Below, piece by piece: positions 51,994 through 64,000 of a stretch of DNA of 64,000 nt. Made by a program: the position numbers and the translations under genes. Origin of the DNA: Acanthaster planci. Lineage: Eukaryota. The notes under the pieces are model-generated. The model had not been told where the DNA came from. It ran no database searches and saw nothing but the letters and a program-made list of their open reading frames with translations. Within the stretch, counting starts at the first letter, position 1. Every line of letters starts with the position of its first letter. The stretch lies in contig NW_019091355.1 in the NCBI RefSeq assembly GCF_001949145.1, positions 3,640,646-3,704,645 on the forward strand, written 5' to 3'.

Positions 51994-54900
51994 CAGAGCA
52001 AATAACACCTGTCAGGGGTGCTTGTACTGTATACTCCGTCATTTTCTACATGTACCTGGTGAGCATTAGGCATTTTTCCCCCCCACAAACCAACAAAAAA
52101 ACCACAGTGGAACAACCTGCAAGCCATGTTATTTCCAGTGAATTCCCACCTTGGTCCTTGCCCCCTTCCACCTTCACTCCTCTCCCTCCCCCCCCACCAC
52201 CACCAAAAAACTCCAGTCCTCCTGCCCCCGTTCTCCTCTCGCTCTCGCCCTCCGTGTCAGTCCGCCTCCCCGGTGAATGCACTTCTCTCACCTCAGCCTG
52301 GCCCTGCTTCATTAGGCAACCGGGCCAAGGCGCGGCCTGCCAATTAGATTTCAGCACAGGGACCCCCGCTTCTAATTGGTTTATTCAAATGAACCGCCGT
52401 CATAAACCAAATCAAATGGTGTAAAGTAATTTGGGGACGGTCATTGGGGGGGGACGGACTTTCTCACACAGCTGCGCTGTGGGATGAGGGGAGGGGGATG
52501 TGCGAAACAGGGGACCCAGATCACTTTGCTGTAAAAACATCATTATCAAAATATGTTTTTTTCCCCTAAATTAGATAGAGACTTTTGGCAGCGTATGTCT
52601 CTTCTCACTCTTCTGTTTTCAAGGATTCGTTAATAAACTTGGTCTGTGGACTGGGTTTCAGCTATCGGTAAATTTGAAGGGGGAAAAAAAAAGGCAATGC
52701 AGGAATTGGTACTTATCACATTACATGCAAATGAACTGCTTCTCTGTTTGGCCTATACCTGAATGATGCTGGGTAATTTTCTTCTATTTACCTTAAAGGG
52801 GGAGGGGGAAGAGATGGAGAGAGAGGGGGAGGACCATTAATCCCTGCAACTGATTCCCGAAGTCTTGACTGACTTTCAACATTCTGAGCTTGGCGAAGTT
52901 GTGTAAAAATCCCACCCCAACAAAGATCTCCATTGTGTAAAATGACCCAGCTTGTGCAACGGTGCATTTACACCAAACACACGAACCAAGGAAGCTCCTC
53001 AGACCTTAAGAATGTTTCACGGTTGTCAGGAGAATCCCAACTGATCCCTGCCGAAACATCAGCAGCGGCCGAGACTGGGCCAACGTGGCCTGCCCAGAAA
53101 ATCTGGATTACTGACAACTCCGCAGTGTCGGGTGACACCGGCCCCTGAACAGCAGACAAGCTCATGCCCACCAAGCATGAATCACAGGGGGGATCCGGAA
53201 TACAATATTATGGCAGTTAATGTGATGGCTTGATGTCCCCATAAATCTGTAAGAAGAGACCTACTGGAGGAGTCTGATGACACGACTGCAATATTTGAAA
53301 GAGAGCAAGAGGAAATCTAGAATGATTGTAGTGAATTGCTGCACCAAATGATGTTCATCTACCACTGGAGATAATCGAGAGTCAAGTTAAATGCTTCATT
53401 CACTTAACACCATTAAGTGATGCCTTACTCACCCTGGGAAAAAAAATGGCACTGTTTGGCTTTTCTGAACTCAAATACAAACATCAGCACTGGAGGTGGC
53501 ATGTTGTTGGCTATGCCCTGGTTCATCAAATGTGCCTTCAAACATCACATGGAAACTATACAGGAGTTTATTATAGCCAGATGTGGTTAGGTTCGCCATA
53601 GGCCAACTCGGTTTTCATTTTAGGAGGGGAGCGATTAAAGACTTTCCGTGAGACGTCTGAACACACCCACAGGAGCAGTCCTCAAGTTTCAGAAAGCAGT
53701 AAAATACTGAACGAAGAAGCGAGCTCAAAGAAAAAATCCATGGAAGACAGTTGGAGATGTGAACCGATACCGAAACTTTTGTAAAAGTCGTGACAAATAT
53801 GTTCATGGGCCTGACTGGTCAATGAACTACTTCCAATCGAGGTTGATCCTCGAACCATACAAGTAACATGTTCATCTGCGAAGACGGTTCAAGGCAGAAA
53901 AGAGTGGAAATGTCAGAGCACAAAGGCAGGACAAAAAAACCCAGTTGAGAGCTCTTTCGCTTTTTTTCCTTTCTCTCCAGATAGGTTCAGGGAGATAGGT
54001 TTGCCGACACTTATTCTGCGATTTGTATCATACCAACGGGCTTACGCGTAGTCTCAAATCACATTAGGAGAATCACACACACCGTTCACTGTCGCCGGCG
54101 TCAAAAGCATTCACAGATGTAAATGCATACAACAAAAGCAGCAGTGTCCCCCCTGCCCTCTCCTTCCCTGTCCTATCGGATCGGGGCAAAGTTGGCAGAT
54201 CTGCACCAGCGCCGTTATTCAAGCAAGTATTCGAGGGCTGCGGGGCATACACGCTGTATTAGGGAGATTAGCAAACTTGGGTTCATTATCATACCCGTGC
54301 AAACATTCTCCCTATATACCGTTCCTGTCTCTCTGTCCCTTCCAAAAGCCACAGAAAATTTCCTATTTTGACAACTGCGGAGCAGTCTTTTCCCCAGCGA
54401 GGCAGCGCACGCAGATTGTTTTTTTCATACGACCGTCACTCACAAAAGCCAATCATTTTTCATTGGGTTCCTGCCCGAAACGAAAACACCCAGCACGGTC
54501 TTACAATGGAGGCACATAATGAGTGCCTTCTTTTCTTTTTTTTTCTCCTGTTCAGTCTCTGTGGACCTAAAATAACAAAAAAATGGATCGAATGGGATTG
54601 CACACTCACAAAACTGGGGATTTTGTCTTGTGGGCCTGCAGGGATTTTTTTTGGGGGGGGGAGCCTGTCTGTGTGTGTACGCGTGTATATTGTTGATGCA
54701 AATTAAATATTAGGTTTGAAGTAAAACTAAGCTTTTCAGATTACAAGTCTGTATGCTTTGTCATTAGTAGTTTCTTCATAACAGCAAGAATTTAATACAA
54801 AAAATGCCAAGCTAGTTAACTAAACCAAAATTTCCAGTCAAAAATCTTGGTGCAAAACACAAGCAAACAACAATGAGAACGGGCTACAACAAACGTTACG

Positions 54901-57900
54901 ATGTACTGTATGACGTGTTCAACTTATCCAGCTATCAGCCCATGTCTGATGCTGCAATATTTCTGAAAAAATAGTGTTGATAGATATCAATCCTTTTTAT
55001 ACAGATATGGACAACTACTGTTCTCGTTCTGCTGTAAGTGACCTTTTTTTCCCAAGCGAAAACAGGAACGACACCCCATTCTGTACAAAAACGTTGCTTT
55101 CTCTTTAAGAACACGAAAAATAAAAACACCCTCAAAAGCAACACCACCCTCCACTGATCAATTTCAAAAAGTTCCATCCCGTATTCTCCTATTTTCAATC
55201 AGGCAAACTGACCCAGAAAATCCCAGAAAAAGACATTTTTCCCCGAGTGCAAGCCAGGAAAAGCAACTTGATAAATCATTTTGTAAATGGAACAAAAATT
55301 AGTAACCTGTGCATTCTCTGAATTCTCTTCCGAGGGGGAAGGGGTGTATTTTCCAATTATCTGTAAAGTATGAAGTATGCCCACAACAACACAATGCAAC
55401 ACTGCAGCGCCTCACACTCACTGTGTAACAACGCCACCGACACAAACGACCCCTCGCATTTCCCATTAATAAGCTCAGTAATTCAAGTGGTCTGTATTTA
55501 GTGCACTGATACCCAGAAAGTACACGCACACATAAATCAATATCTGCTCTCTGTGCACAACCAGGATCTTGTTCTTTGTGAATTTATTTCCCAATTAAAA
55601 AATCTACCATGCACTTCTCCGTGCACGAATCCCACATACCACTGAGTACAATTTTTACTGTACAAATGGGAATTTGCTTTTTCTTAAAATTCATAAGCAA
55701 ACGATGAAATACCGGTAAGCTCCGGTTTAAAAAAAATCCTTTTTCGATTACTTGGACTGAAAAAAAAAAGAAAGAAGTGATGACGTCATTTTGTATTGCA
55801 TGCAACCCGGACAATCTTCGTTTGCCGAGGGCATCAGGGCAAAAGGTATTTATCCTTTTGCGAGTGGGGGAGAAAGATGGAGAGGAGAAAGTGGGCAGCT
55901 TTCTCATTAAAAGTTTTTCGACCGAGATTGGCCTCCGACTGCACATGGCCCCCCTCCCCTCAAGTTTATTTTTCTTGCATCAACACCACAGGTTCATTCC
56001 ACTCTTTCTTCCACTGGTTCACGCGCGACAAAAACAATTCAGATGGGTCGGGAAACCAGGGAATCACTTGGGTCTCTGCACTCAGAAACCATTTATCAAA
56101 TTTCAGCCTCCCCCTTGCATTAAAACTTGCAAAAATAATTCAGAACAAAGCAAATGATACATCAAAGCCCCCAAATTTAATTAAATAATCATTCTAAAAG
56201 CAGAAGATTATATAAATATTCACACAGACAACATTTTACATGAAAGATCTGTCAGGGCAATATCACATACATGCAAGATGGCAATTAAACTCGGAAAGAT
56301 CCAGACAAGATCCTACGCTGCTCACACAGCCAGGCCAAATTTTTTCCTCCCCTCCCTCCACCAATGATTTGAAGCTGGTGCGACACCTTCCCAAGCACCC
56401 CTTCAACAATTTTCACACCTTCCCACAAAGCAGAGACGTGCTCCCTCCAACTGCACGACCGTGGCACAATGGATGTGCACGAGCGTGACATATCAATTGG
56501 GGGACTGTCAGCGGCAGTCCAGGCATGACTCCACCCCCACTCTCCTTTCTTTCATGCCTCCTCGGCAACCCCCCCCCCATTGGTCCACTTTCTGAGGCTG
56601 GACAGCAATTAATCAAAGTTCAACGTACAGTGGAGCGACTAGTCTCCCTTTTTTTTTTATTCCAAACTTGGCTTGTGTGTCCCAGATTAGATGGAGGGCA
56701 TTATTTGGTAGCCTGGCCCCCCAAAATAAGTAACCAAAACAAAAATAAAAAGAGCCTTTCTCTCCCATAGTTCAGGGCCTTCAACCAGGAACATGAATAT
56801 GAACAATCCTGTACCTTACATCATTTTAAACCTTTGTCCGTGCTCCATTTTATATCTAGCGTACTTGTCTTCGTACAGCACAAACATGACAGGTCATTTA
56901 AACTTCAATGGTTCCTTCTCAATTGAATTACAAAATATGATGACTGGAAATTGTTTAGGCAGGAACTTTTGCAGGTGTCCTAGTTTATGGAGTGTTCTTG
57001 CATGGTGCAATTTCAAAGTCCAGTCTCATTCCATTCAACCAGAGAAGACAGTACCAACAAACTTCACAAAGGACGTTTGACAGCTTAAACGCACTGCAGC
57101 TTGAGTCAAATCAAATCTCCAAACAAATTAACTCCAGCTTTTAAAAAAAAATCAATATATCTTTGATGACTTTATAATTTCACTCCTAAGCCTCAGGTCA
57201 GATGGGACAAAAATTCAGAGAGAATTTCGCCACAATCCCTGAATTAACGTCTCAGCAGGCTTAAACCCCTCATAATGAATAACGCAAATTCCAAAATATC
57301 GGCGAGCCTCTCCAGGGAAGAAAAGATTGAGGGAATCTTCTCCCGATGGATCTGCCGCTAATCTCTTTCAATTTTTGGGAAGGTCATTATAAAAAACCCA
57401 GGAAGATTTTTTTTCCCCCTGTATCGTACATCACAACAGCAGATGTGAACAGTACAGGGAAATTTACGGCATTTACAGAAAGGGTTTTTTTTCCAAGTTG
57501 GCTGACCAAGATTTTCTGAAAAGTCACAAAGTGAGAAGTCCTTTTTCTGAAGCATCCACACAAACTAATCCACCAAGGAAAGGTTAGACAGAATCCAGTT
57601 CAAGCCAAGTAATACGGTTTAATAACAGCAATACAAATGCACATGTATTTGAATAATTTCCTGTTGGCATCAAGTTTCAACTTGAACGGCACATGCTCAA
57701 TGCTATTCCAATAAAGTTATCGCAGGAAAAACACTAGCTTTGCTTCTTGCTAAACAGATTTCCCAAGAATCCAAGATGTACAGGTGCAAGCACTGCATGG
57801 AAATTTGTCAGTTGACACTAATGTTTTGGCCCAAAGCAAAATATTTCAAACACAATTACATATACCGTATTTGCACATGTACATGTACACTCTCACTGAA

Positions 57901-59406
57901 TGACTGATCTCTTGTACTGATAGTGCTGCGGCTCAGGAAAAACCTTAAGAGGGGCTGCACGCTGACGGATGTTTTCTGAAACGACTACAAAATGTTTTCG
58001 CCCATGTCCGGATCACTCCGTATTGGTAGTCTGTTGCGCCCCTGGGCTGTGCACCTGAATGCCCACATGCAGCACTCACCCTAACCCCCTCTCCCCCACC
58101 CAATCATAGGTTTTTTGGGCAGACAGCATGTGTTGCACTGCCATTTGCAACAATCTGCGCTCGCTCGCGCGCTGCACTCAACAACAACAAAAAAAAAACC
58201 AATCCGGCCAAGCATCGCGAGGAATCTGGACGACACTCGATTCGCCGGGCACGCTACGCCCGCCCTCATCTTCAAAAGCCCTTGACGGCCAGAGATCGCT
58301 TCCCAGTGGCTGGTGCCAGGCAGTATCTACCGTTATTGTCTGCGCCCAGCTACTCAGCCAGTGTGACGGCACACCCGAGCAAAATTGCCGGATTCTTTTG
58401 CTCTAAAGAAAAGATCGCACAGTAAAAAAAGAGAGAGAGCTGCATTAACGGAGGGCTGAAACCTTAATCCACTGTCGGGCGCCGAGACAAATGGATACTT
58501 TTGGGTTGGATTGTGATTACCACGGGCTATGTTTCCGATCGCGATATTCTATCCAGTCTGGACTGGTACAACTTGAGAAGCGTCGCTTTAGGAAAAGTGC
58601 GCTAACTAGGACTATGACAATAAAAAAAGCCTTACTGCAACCCAATCTGCTGATAATATTCAGTACTCCTCAAAAAAGGGGGAGAAAGGTGGAGAAAAAA
58701 AAAAAGACTGAAAAAATTGGAAAAGTCATCAAACGCTGGAATTATTCCCCCCCCCCTTAGTGTTGATTGTGATGGGAAAAACTGAAACATGATATGTTTC
58801 GGGATAACATAATTTTCTTATGCTTGTTTTTTTTCTATTTATCCCACAAGTTGAAATGGAATAACAAGCAGTGTGCAGGTTTTTCCTCAATTTCAACTGT
58901 AATGAATACCGTGATTCATCAAAGCTATCTAATTAATTGATTGTTAATCCTATCCTAGCTCCAATCATCAGAAGAGCACAGTCTGGTAACCCTTCCAAAT
59001 GACTATGGGTTTCACAGGAAACAAGTCTGGGCCTGGGAACTACTGTGCACACTACTGGACTGCTACACTTGTAGTCATGTACCGGTGCCACACTTTGAGA
59101 TGCATGACTGACTGACTCTTTTCCTGTGCTTTTCAGAATTGATTTTACATGCCAGAACATGTTTTCTTAGAACATTACCCTGCAAATGTAATGTGCCTTT
59201 TATCCACATTTTGGGCAGTACCGTCAGTTAAGTTCATAAGTGCATGACAAACACATTTGTGGCCACTTCATTCAACAAATACTGTGGGATTCTTACACGC
59301 TAAGTGTACACGGCAGTCAGCATATTTTGTTTTTTTACTGTCTTTGTTTTGTTATATATAACAGGTTTTGCCCTTACCCAAGGTATATTGTCTTTGTTTT
59401 GCATAA

Positions 59407-59657
59407 GGGTCATTCCATGAAGTTCAGGCACAGTTTGTGATGGCGTCCCTTGTTACATCGATAACTTTTATTGCCCTTTATTTTCACAGATTAAGTCATT
59501 ATTATTCGGCAAAGATGAAGCACACCACTACAAGAACCTGACAAGATTTAGAACAATGTCAATTTAGAATCCACGTGCAGGGAAAAAAGATGTTTATTTT
59601 CACTGATGTAACAAGGGACGCCGTCACAAACTGTGCCCGAACTTCGTGGAATGACCC
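59407..59657. mobile_element. MITE with ~53-bp TIRs (GGGTCATTCCA...) and 4-bp ATAA TSD; Sola2-like by termini and TSD
   Basis: gggtcattccatgaagttcaggcacagtttgtgatggcgtcccttgttacatc pairs with gatgtaacaagggacgccgtcacaaactgtgcccgaacttcgtggaatgaccc. ATAA at 59403-59406 and 59658-59661. The superfamily call is inferred from GRG termini and an AT-rich 4-bp TSD. Confidence 0.9.
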
Positions 59658-61579
59658 ATAACCCTAACCCCTTTAAAGGTTCTCTCTCGGCACCCCGATG
59701 AACCCGATAGAATCCAACAGCTAGAGCAAAAGGCCTTGTTCAATACTCACACCAACAGAAATCCTGTGGAAAGTGACCACTGTTTGGATGCAGTGGGATT
59801 CAAAACGATAAGGGTTCATGACCATCAGTGATGTGGTCCATACTCTGTGTACATCTCCTAATCCTGCTGTGTATGTCTGCTTCGGAGTCTATTTTTTTAT
59901 TTCTTTGAATTTGTCAGGCTCAGCTTTTTGTATTGCAAAAAACTGGCCTCAATTTGGAAAACCCCCCATCTGTGGTCTTACACGTGATATGCAAGAAATG
60001 ACAGTTAGCAAGTTACACATTGCTGCTTTTTTTTTTATTAAAAATAAAAAAGTACAAGACACCAAAGTCGTTCCTTCACAATTTGACGTAATAATGGACA
60101 AAACAGTTTTTAAAATCAGGTTATCGTGACTATTTAATACGTGTACGAGTACATCCACCTGCCATGTTTGCTGTGGGTCAGGAAAAACCAAACTGAAAGA
60201 GGGGGAATAAACATGAGCCACTCTTTGCAACAACCAAAAAAAAAAAATCCAGCCCCATCTCCCACCACTAGCAACCAAGGGGGAAGAAAAAAGGTTTAGA
60301 TATCGCTCATAAATAAGCCCTACAACACCCTAATGCAGGACTCACGAGGACAATAACACAAACATGCTCTGGTGATTAAATCTCAGGTCTTCATTTAGAA
60401 CATTGCCCCTTCAGCTAAAAAAAAAAAAAAAAAAGACGGGGGGAGGGTGGATTTGCAGAATAAAGAAACGAAGTCCGGACGCCGGGTCATCAGTCCGACG
60501 ACAACTGCACACCGGCCAAGACTGCCGGGGAAAAGGATAGTGCAGTGCCTCTCGTTCACGCTTGGCCGGCGATCGCATAAGATGAGATAATGTAAATTAC
60601 AAGCGAAGCTCCCAAAGTAATGATCGCAGTGCACTGCGCCAGATCCATCATTTGTAGCTGTCGGAGTGTACATCCCGGAATAAATATGATACGGGCATGC
60701 TTGGAATCAGACAAGGAAGGGGGGGGCAAGGATTTCTTTAATCTTCGAGCAACTACGTACATGTGGTATGCAATTCCCAGGGTTTTTTTTTTCTTGTTCT
60801 TCCTCCCCTGAATAGTCCGATGCCGCGAAGAATCACGTTGCCAATCTAATTTTGATGAATTGAAAATTATTCGCTGATAGGGAGCACATGAAGTTATGTG
60901 CTGCATTATGATTAACCCCATAACCCAGTTCAAAATGTAGTCGCTTTATTGGGGGGGGTTGGCTTTTTTCTTTCCCTTTCTCTTCTTTTCAGTCTTGCAA
61001 GTGATTAAGGTTTGGCCACAGCTTTTTCAGTGAGACCACTTCAAAGTTCTTTGCTTTTTAGAGCTATCGAGATTTAAGGCAGGATTTTCAGGTCCATTCA
61101 AAATACAAAATGTACGTACGTGAACATCATTTTGCCTAGTTATATCGTTTTTTAAAAAGTTAGACAATGACCAAATTTCAAAGTGAATGTATAAAGTGAC
61201 TATTTAACACTGAATCCCAACAACTGGAGTATACATTGAAATTACCACAATACTATCACCACTGAGCTTTCAAATTCTGTCAAATTAAAGCCTAGACTCC
61301 ATGCTTCTTGGCTACAGTAAACTGCACATGGCAGCTGTGATTTGAGATTCAAACATTCGTACACAGTCATGACCTACATTAGTATGGTAAGCTTGATCAA
61401 TTCAGAAATGTCAAAGATTCTCTGAAACAGAAAAGAGACGCAAAAAGGTGATCTCTAACCCTGTCTCTGAAAGTATAACCAAGTGTCTAACTATTCTCGT
61501 TTGTTTTAGCCCTTCTTGCATACGGAGACAACAAGCTGCATTCCCCTAATGATTGCTCAGCAGCCCAGCCGTTATATTT

Positions 61580-61840
61580 GTCTTAATTAGAATCCAATCA
61601 TGCCAATTCATTTAGCACTCGCCTGGACTGGCAAGGGGGGGGGGCTCCATCACGCGGCGCACCCTCAGCCCTTTGATCAGAGTCATTACGAGAGTCCGAT
61701 TCAACCAGAATGCCCATCAATCAGGGAATGGAGCCAGAACCAGGCACAGCGAACACCACATTAGACCTGTCAAGGTATCAATTAAATATCGATACCGCCC
61801 ACTCTGACACATAGGGCAATAGCATCAATTAAATAAACTA
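61580..61840. promoter_or_regulatory. Candidate intronic enhancer (TCF + Pbx/Hox + Meis + homeodomain sites)
   Basis: CCTTTGATC at 61670-61678; TGATTGATGG on the minus strand at 61714-61723; TGACAG on the minus strand at 61767-61772; several TAAT/ATTA cores. Confidence 0.4.
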
Positions 61841-64000
61841 TAGGATGACAATATTTTCAATCTAGATGGAGAATGACAAAAAGTCTGCGCATAAGAGCAA
61901 AAATCTCTGATACAATGAACTCCACACACATCAACCGACCAGGTACTTTCTTTTTCACTCCTTTTCTGATTTAGGTCGGTGCACATCAAATTCTTCTGCA
62001 GGCAAAATTGATTTCTGAAACTGCAAGGTTACGCTTACATGCTTTAGGCTACTTCAAAACTGAAAAAAAGTGGACTCTTTCTGACAATGAAAGATAACCA
62101 TAGTAAGTTGGGTTTTTTTAACACAAATAACAATCTTGTGAAATATTTTCTCAGAAGTGGCTCTGCTGCATCAAACAGCATGCAGATTGAAATATATAAC
62201 TCCTGTTCAATATACCAAGGAAGGCTTAGCTCTGATAAACCCTATGTTTTATCTCTCCTGCAATTCATTTTGGAATTTCCAACTCTTGGGCCACTCCACA
62301 CACTAGCAATCATTTATTTGATGGAAATTTACTACTGGGCACAGACAACAACTGACAACAGAAAAACCAGACTGCATGTGAGTTTAGGCCTATGTGAGTT
62401 CGTACGTATTTCGACAATGGCAAACTGATTTTCACGGGGGGGGGAGAGATTAGACGTAATCATGAACATTGGGAGAAGAAGTTTGAGGCAATCGGTCGGC
62501 GGCAAAGCGTGAATTCTAATTTCATAGTCTCCAGGACTTTGACGATTTCCTTCCGGCGTACTCCTCCTTGGCTACAATTCAAACCTGGTCCTTGTTTGTG
62601 CCTTGTCCCTGTTGGCAACGGCAGCAGGCAACCCCCCAAGTCTGTCCTTCTATTTCTTAATTTCCTGAATATTGTCAAATTTTTCTTCTGCTCCTTTTGC
62701 CACGTAACAAATTAAAATTCCTACCTACGAGATACCTGAGGGCACCTACTGTCTTTTCCCACACGCAAGACTCAGTGCTCAGGCAAAAACTTGTAATTGG
62801 TTCCTTCCACAGCACTCCATATTTTGTTTGAAGAACGCTTACTGCCTGAATTCCACTCTCGGTTATTTCCCATAAAGTAACCTCCTTCATTCTCTTTCTC
62901 ATCTGTCTAAAAAGGCTCACCAAATATTTCCTGGTAAAACAAATCATGGGATACAAAACACTCACAGATCCAACAAAATTTGTGTTGGATAAGAAACAGA
63001 TACATTAAAAACTGACAATATCAAAAATGTCAAAAGGAAATGTGACGCAGTAAAATAGTCATGCCGAAAGCTTGACAGTTCATCCATCTTTCAGGCGTTT
63101 TTTTTTCTCTCTTCCGCTTAATTGCATATCAGTATTCCCATCTCCATTTTTAATGAGAGTCAAAAGGGAATTAGCGTAGGATCTGACAAAAAAAAATTTG
63201 CAGTGGAGAATTACATCAACGAAGGCAGATTGGGTAAGAAGCCTGTGCATTACCCCCCCCACCCTAGATTGGCCACATTGACTGCGTCTTAGACCGTAGG
63301 TGGTTTGCGAGCCACACTGTTTGAAAAGCTGCGAGTCTAGCAGGGGGGGGGGTTGGATTCCATTAGGCGGATTGTTTAGCATTGTGCCAGTGCACCATCA
63401 AGGCACTATTCACATCGTGTGGTCCTTTCTTCCCTTAGTGAGAAAAAAAAAAAAGAAGAGTGGAATGAAAAGCCAAATGAAGAAAAGGTACCAAACGGGG
63501 GAAAGTTCAACGACCGAACAACACTAGAAAACCAACACAACGCTCTCCATGTAGGTCTGGATGAGATGGCTTCCAGGGGTGACTTGCCTTACAGGGCTTT
63601 GTCCGTCTCTTTTTTTAAAATAGAGAAAGGGGGTGCTGTGCTTGGTTAAAAACAATAATGTGGACAGCAATTTTGCTATTTGTTCAGCATCCGAAACTTT
63701 TTCGTCCCATTTTTATGAATAAAAAAGGGGATTTTGACATGCATGACTCGAATTGAAAGAACACTTTGAAAATAGTATGCTTAATTTGGCACAGGTCTGA
63801 TGTACCATATCTACACCTACATGTACATCAACCACTTTTTTTTGGTCAGTTAATTGCAAACAACTACCTGTACAATTTAGGTCAAGGATACAAATTTTCA
63901 GTCCCATTACAAAGAACTCATACCCTGCGCCTGATTGAACCCACAGGTAGGTTTAGGAGCATGGGATTTGTACCGGTATTAGTTGCAGTGGTAGGAAAAA

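Larger units (their letters stand above)
17874..64000 (-). other. Probable giant intron of the TCF gene; upstream beta-catenin-binding exons lie beyond the window
   Basis: No TCF N-terminal motif (MPQ..., DE[LV]xx[FY]xxEGE.EEK) or other credible coding exon found by eye in 46 kb. The sequence is repeat- and homopolymer-rich. A small divergent exon could have been missed. Confidence 0.7.

Noticed and set aside
52046..52357. AEVREV...TDTEGESERR as the TCF beta-catenin-binding exon
   Set aside because: Only superficial similarity to DEVKxYxxEGEQEEK; no MPQ start, wrong spacing, and it runs into poly-Gly from a C-rich tract.
1..64000. Window-wide enrichment of TCF binding sites (autoregulation)
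   Set aside because: Scattered CTTTG(A/T)(A/T) matches appear no more frequent than expected by chance in AT-rich DNA; only local clusters were kept.

Overview
Eukaryotic (animal) genomic DNA, mostly intronic. The window holds the middle of a TCF/LEF (pangolin/TCF7L2-like) Wnt-effector gene on the minus strand. Five GT-AG exons (17873-17729, 14677-14572, 13681-13481, 12843-12672, 11884-11719) splice in matching phases into 790 nt (263 codons + 1 nt). They encode the Pro/His-rich context-dependent region, the full HMG box and the basic tail. I could not find the N-terminal beta-catenin-binding exons, so 17874-64000 appears to be one intron of more than 46 kb. I also could not find a canonical C-clamp exon in 1-11718. 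The HMG variant ([12 protein letters not shown]) and the repeat landscape suggest an invertebrate deuterostome, probably an echinoderm; this is inference from recall. The introns contain several palindromic or TIR-bounded non-autonomous DNA transposons (some with clear target-site duplications), a ~1.85 kb Harbinger-like element, a decayed tRNA-like SINE, a 23-bp minisatellite, and CpG- and homeobox-motif-rich patches that look like cis-regulatory modules. Nearly all ORFs in the supplied track are spurious. I found no prokaryote-type system or CRISPR array and no clearly new biological system; the findings are testable hypotheses about the TCF locus.
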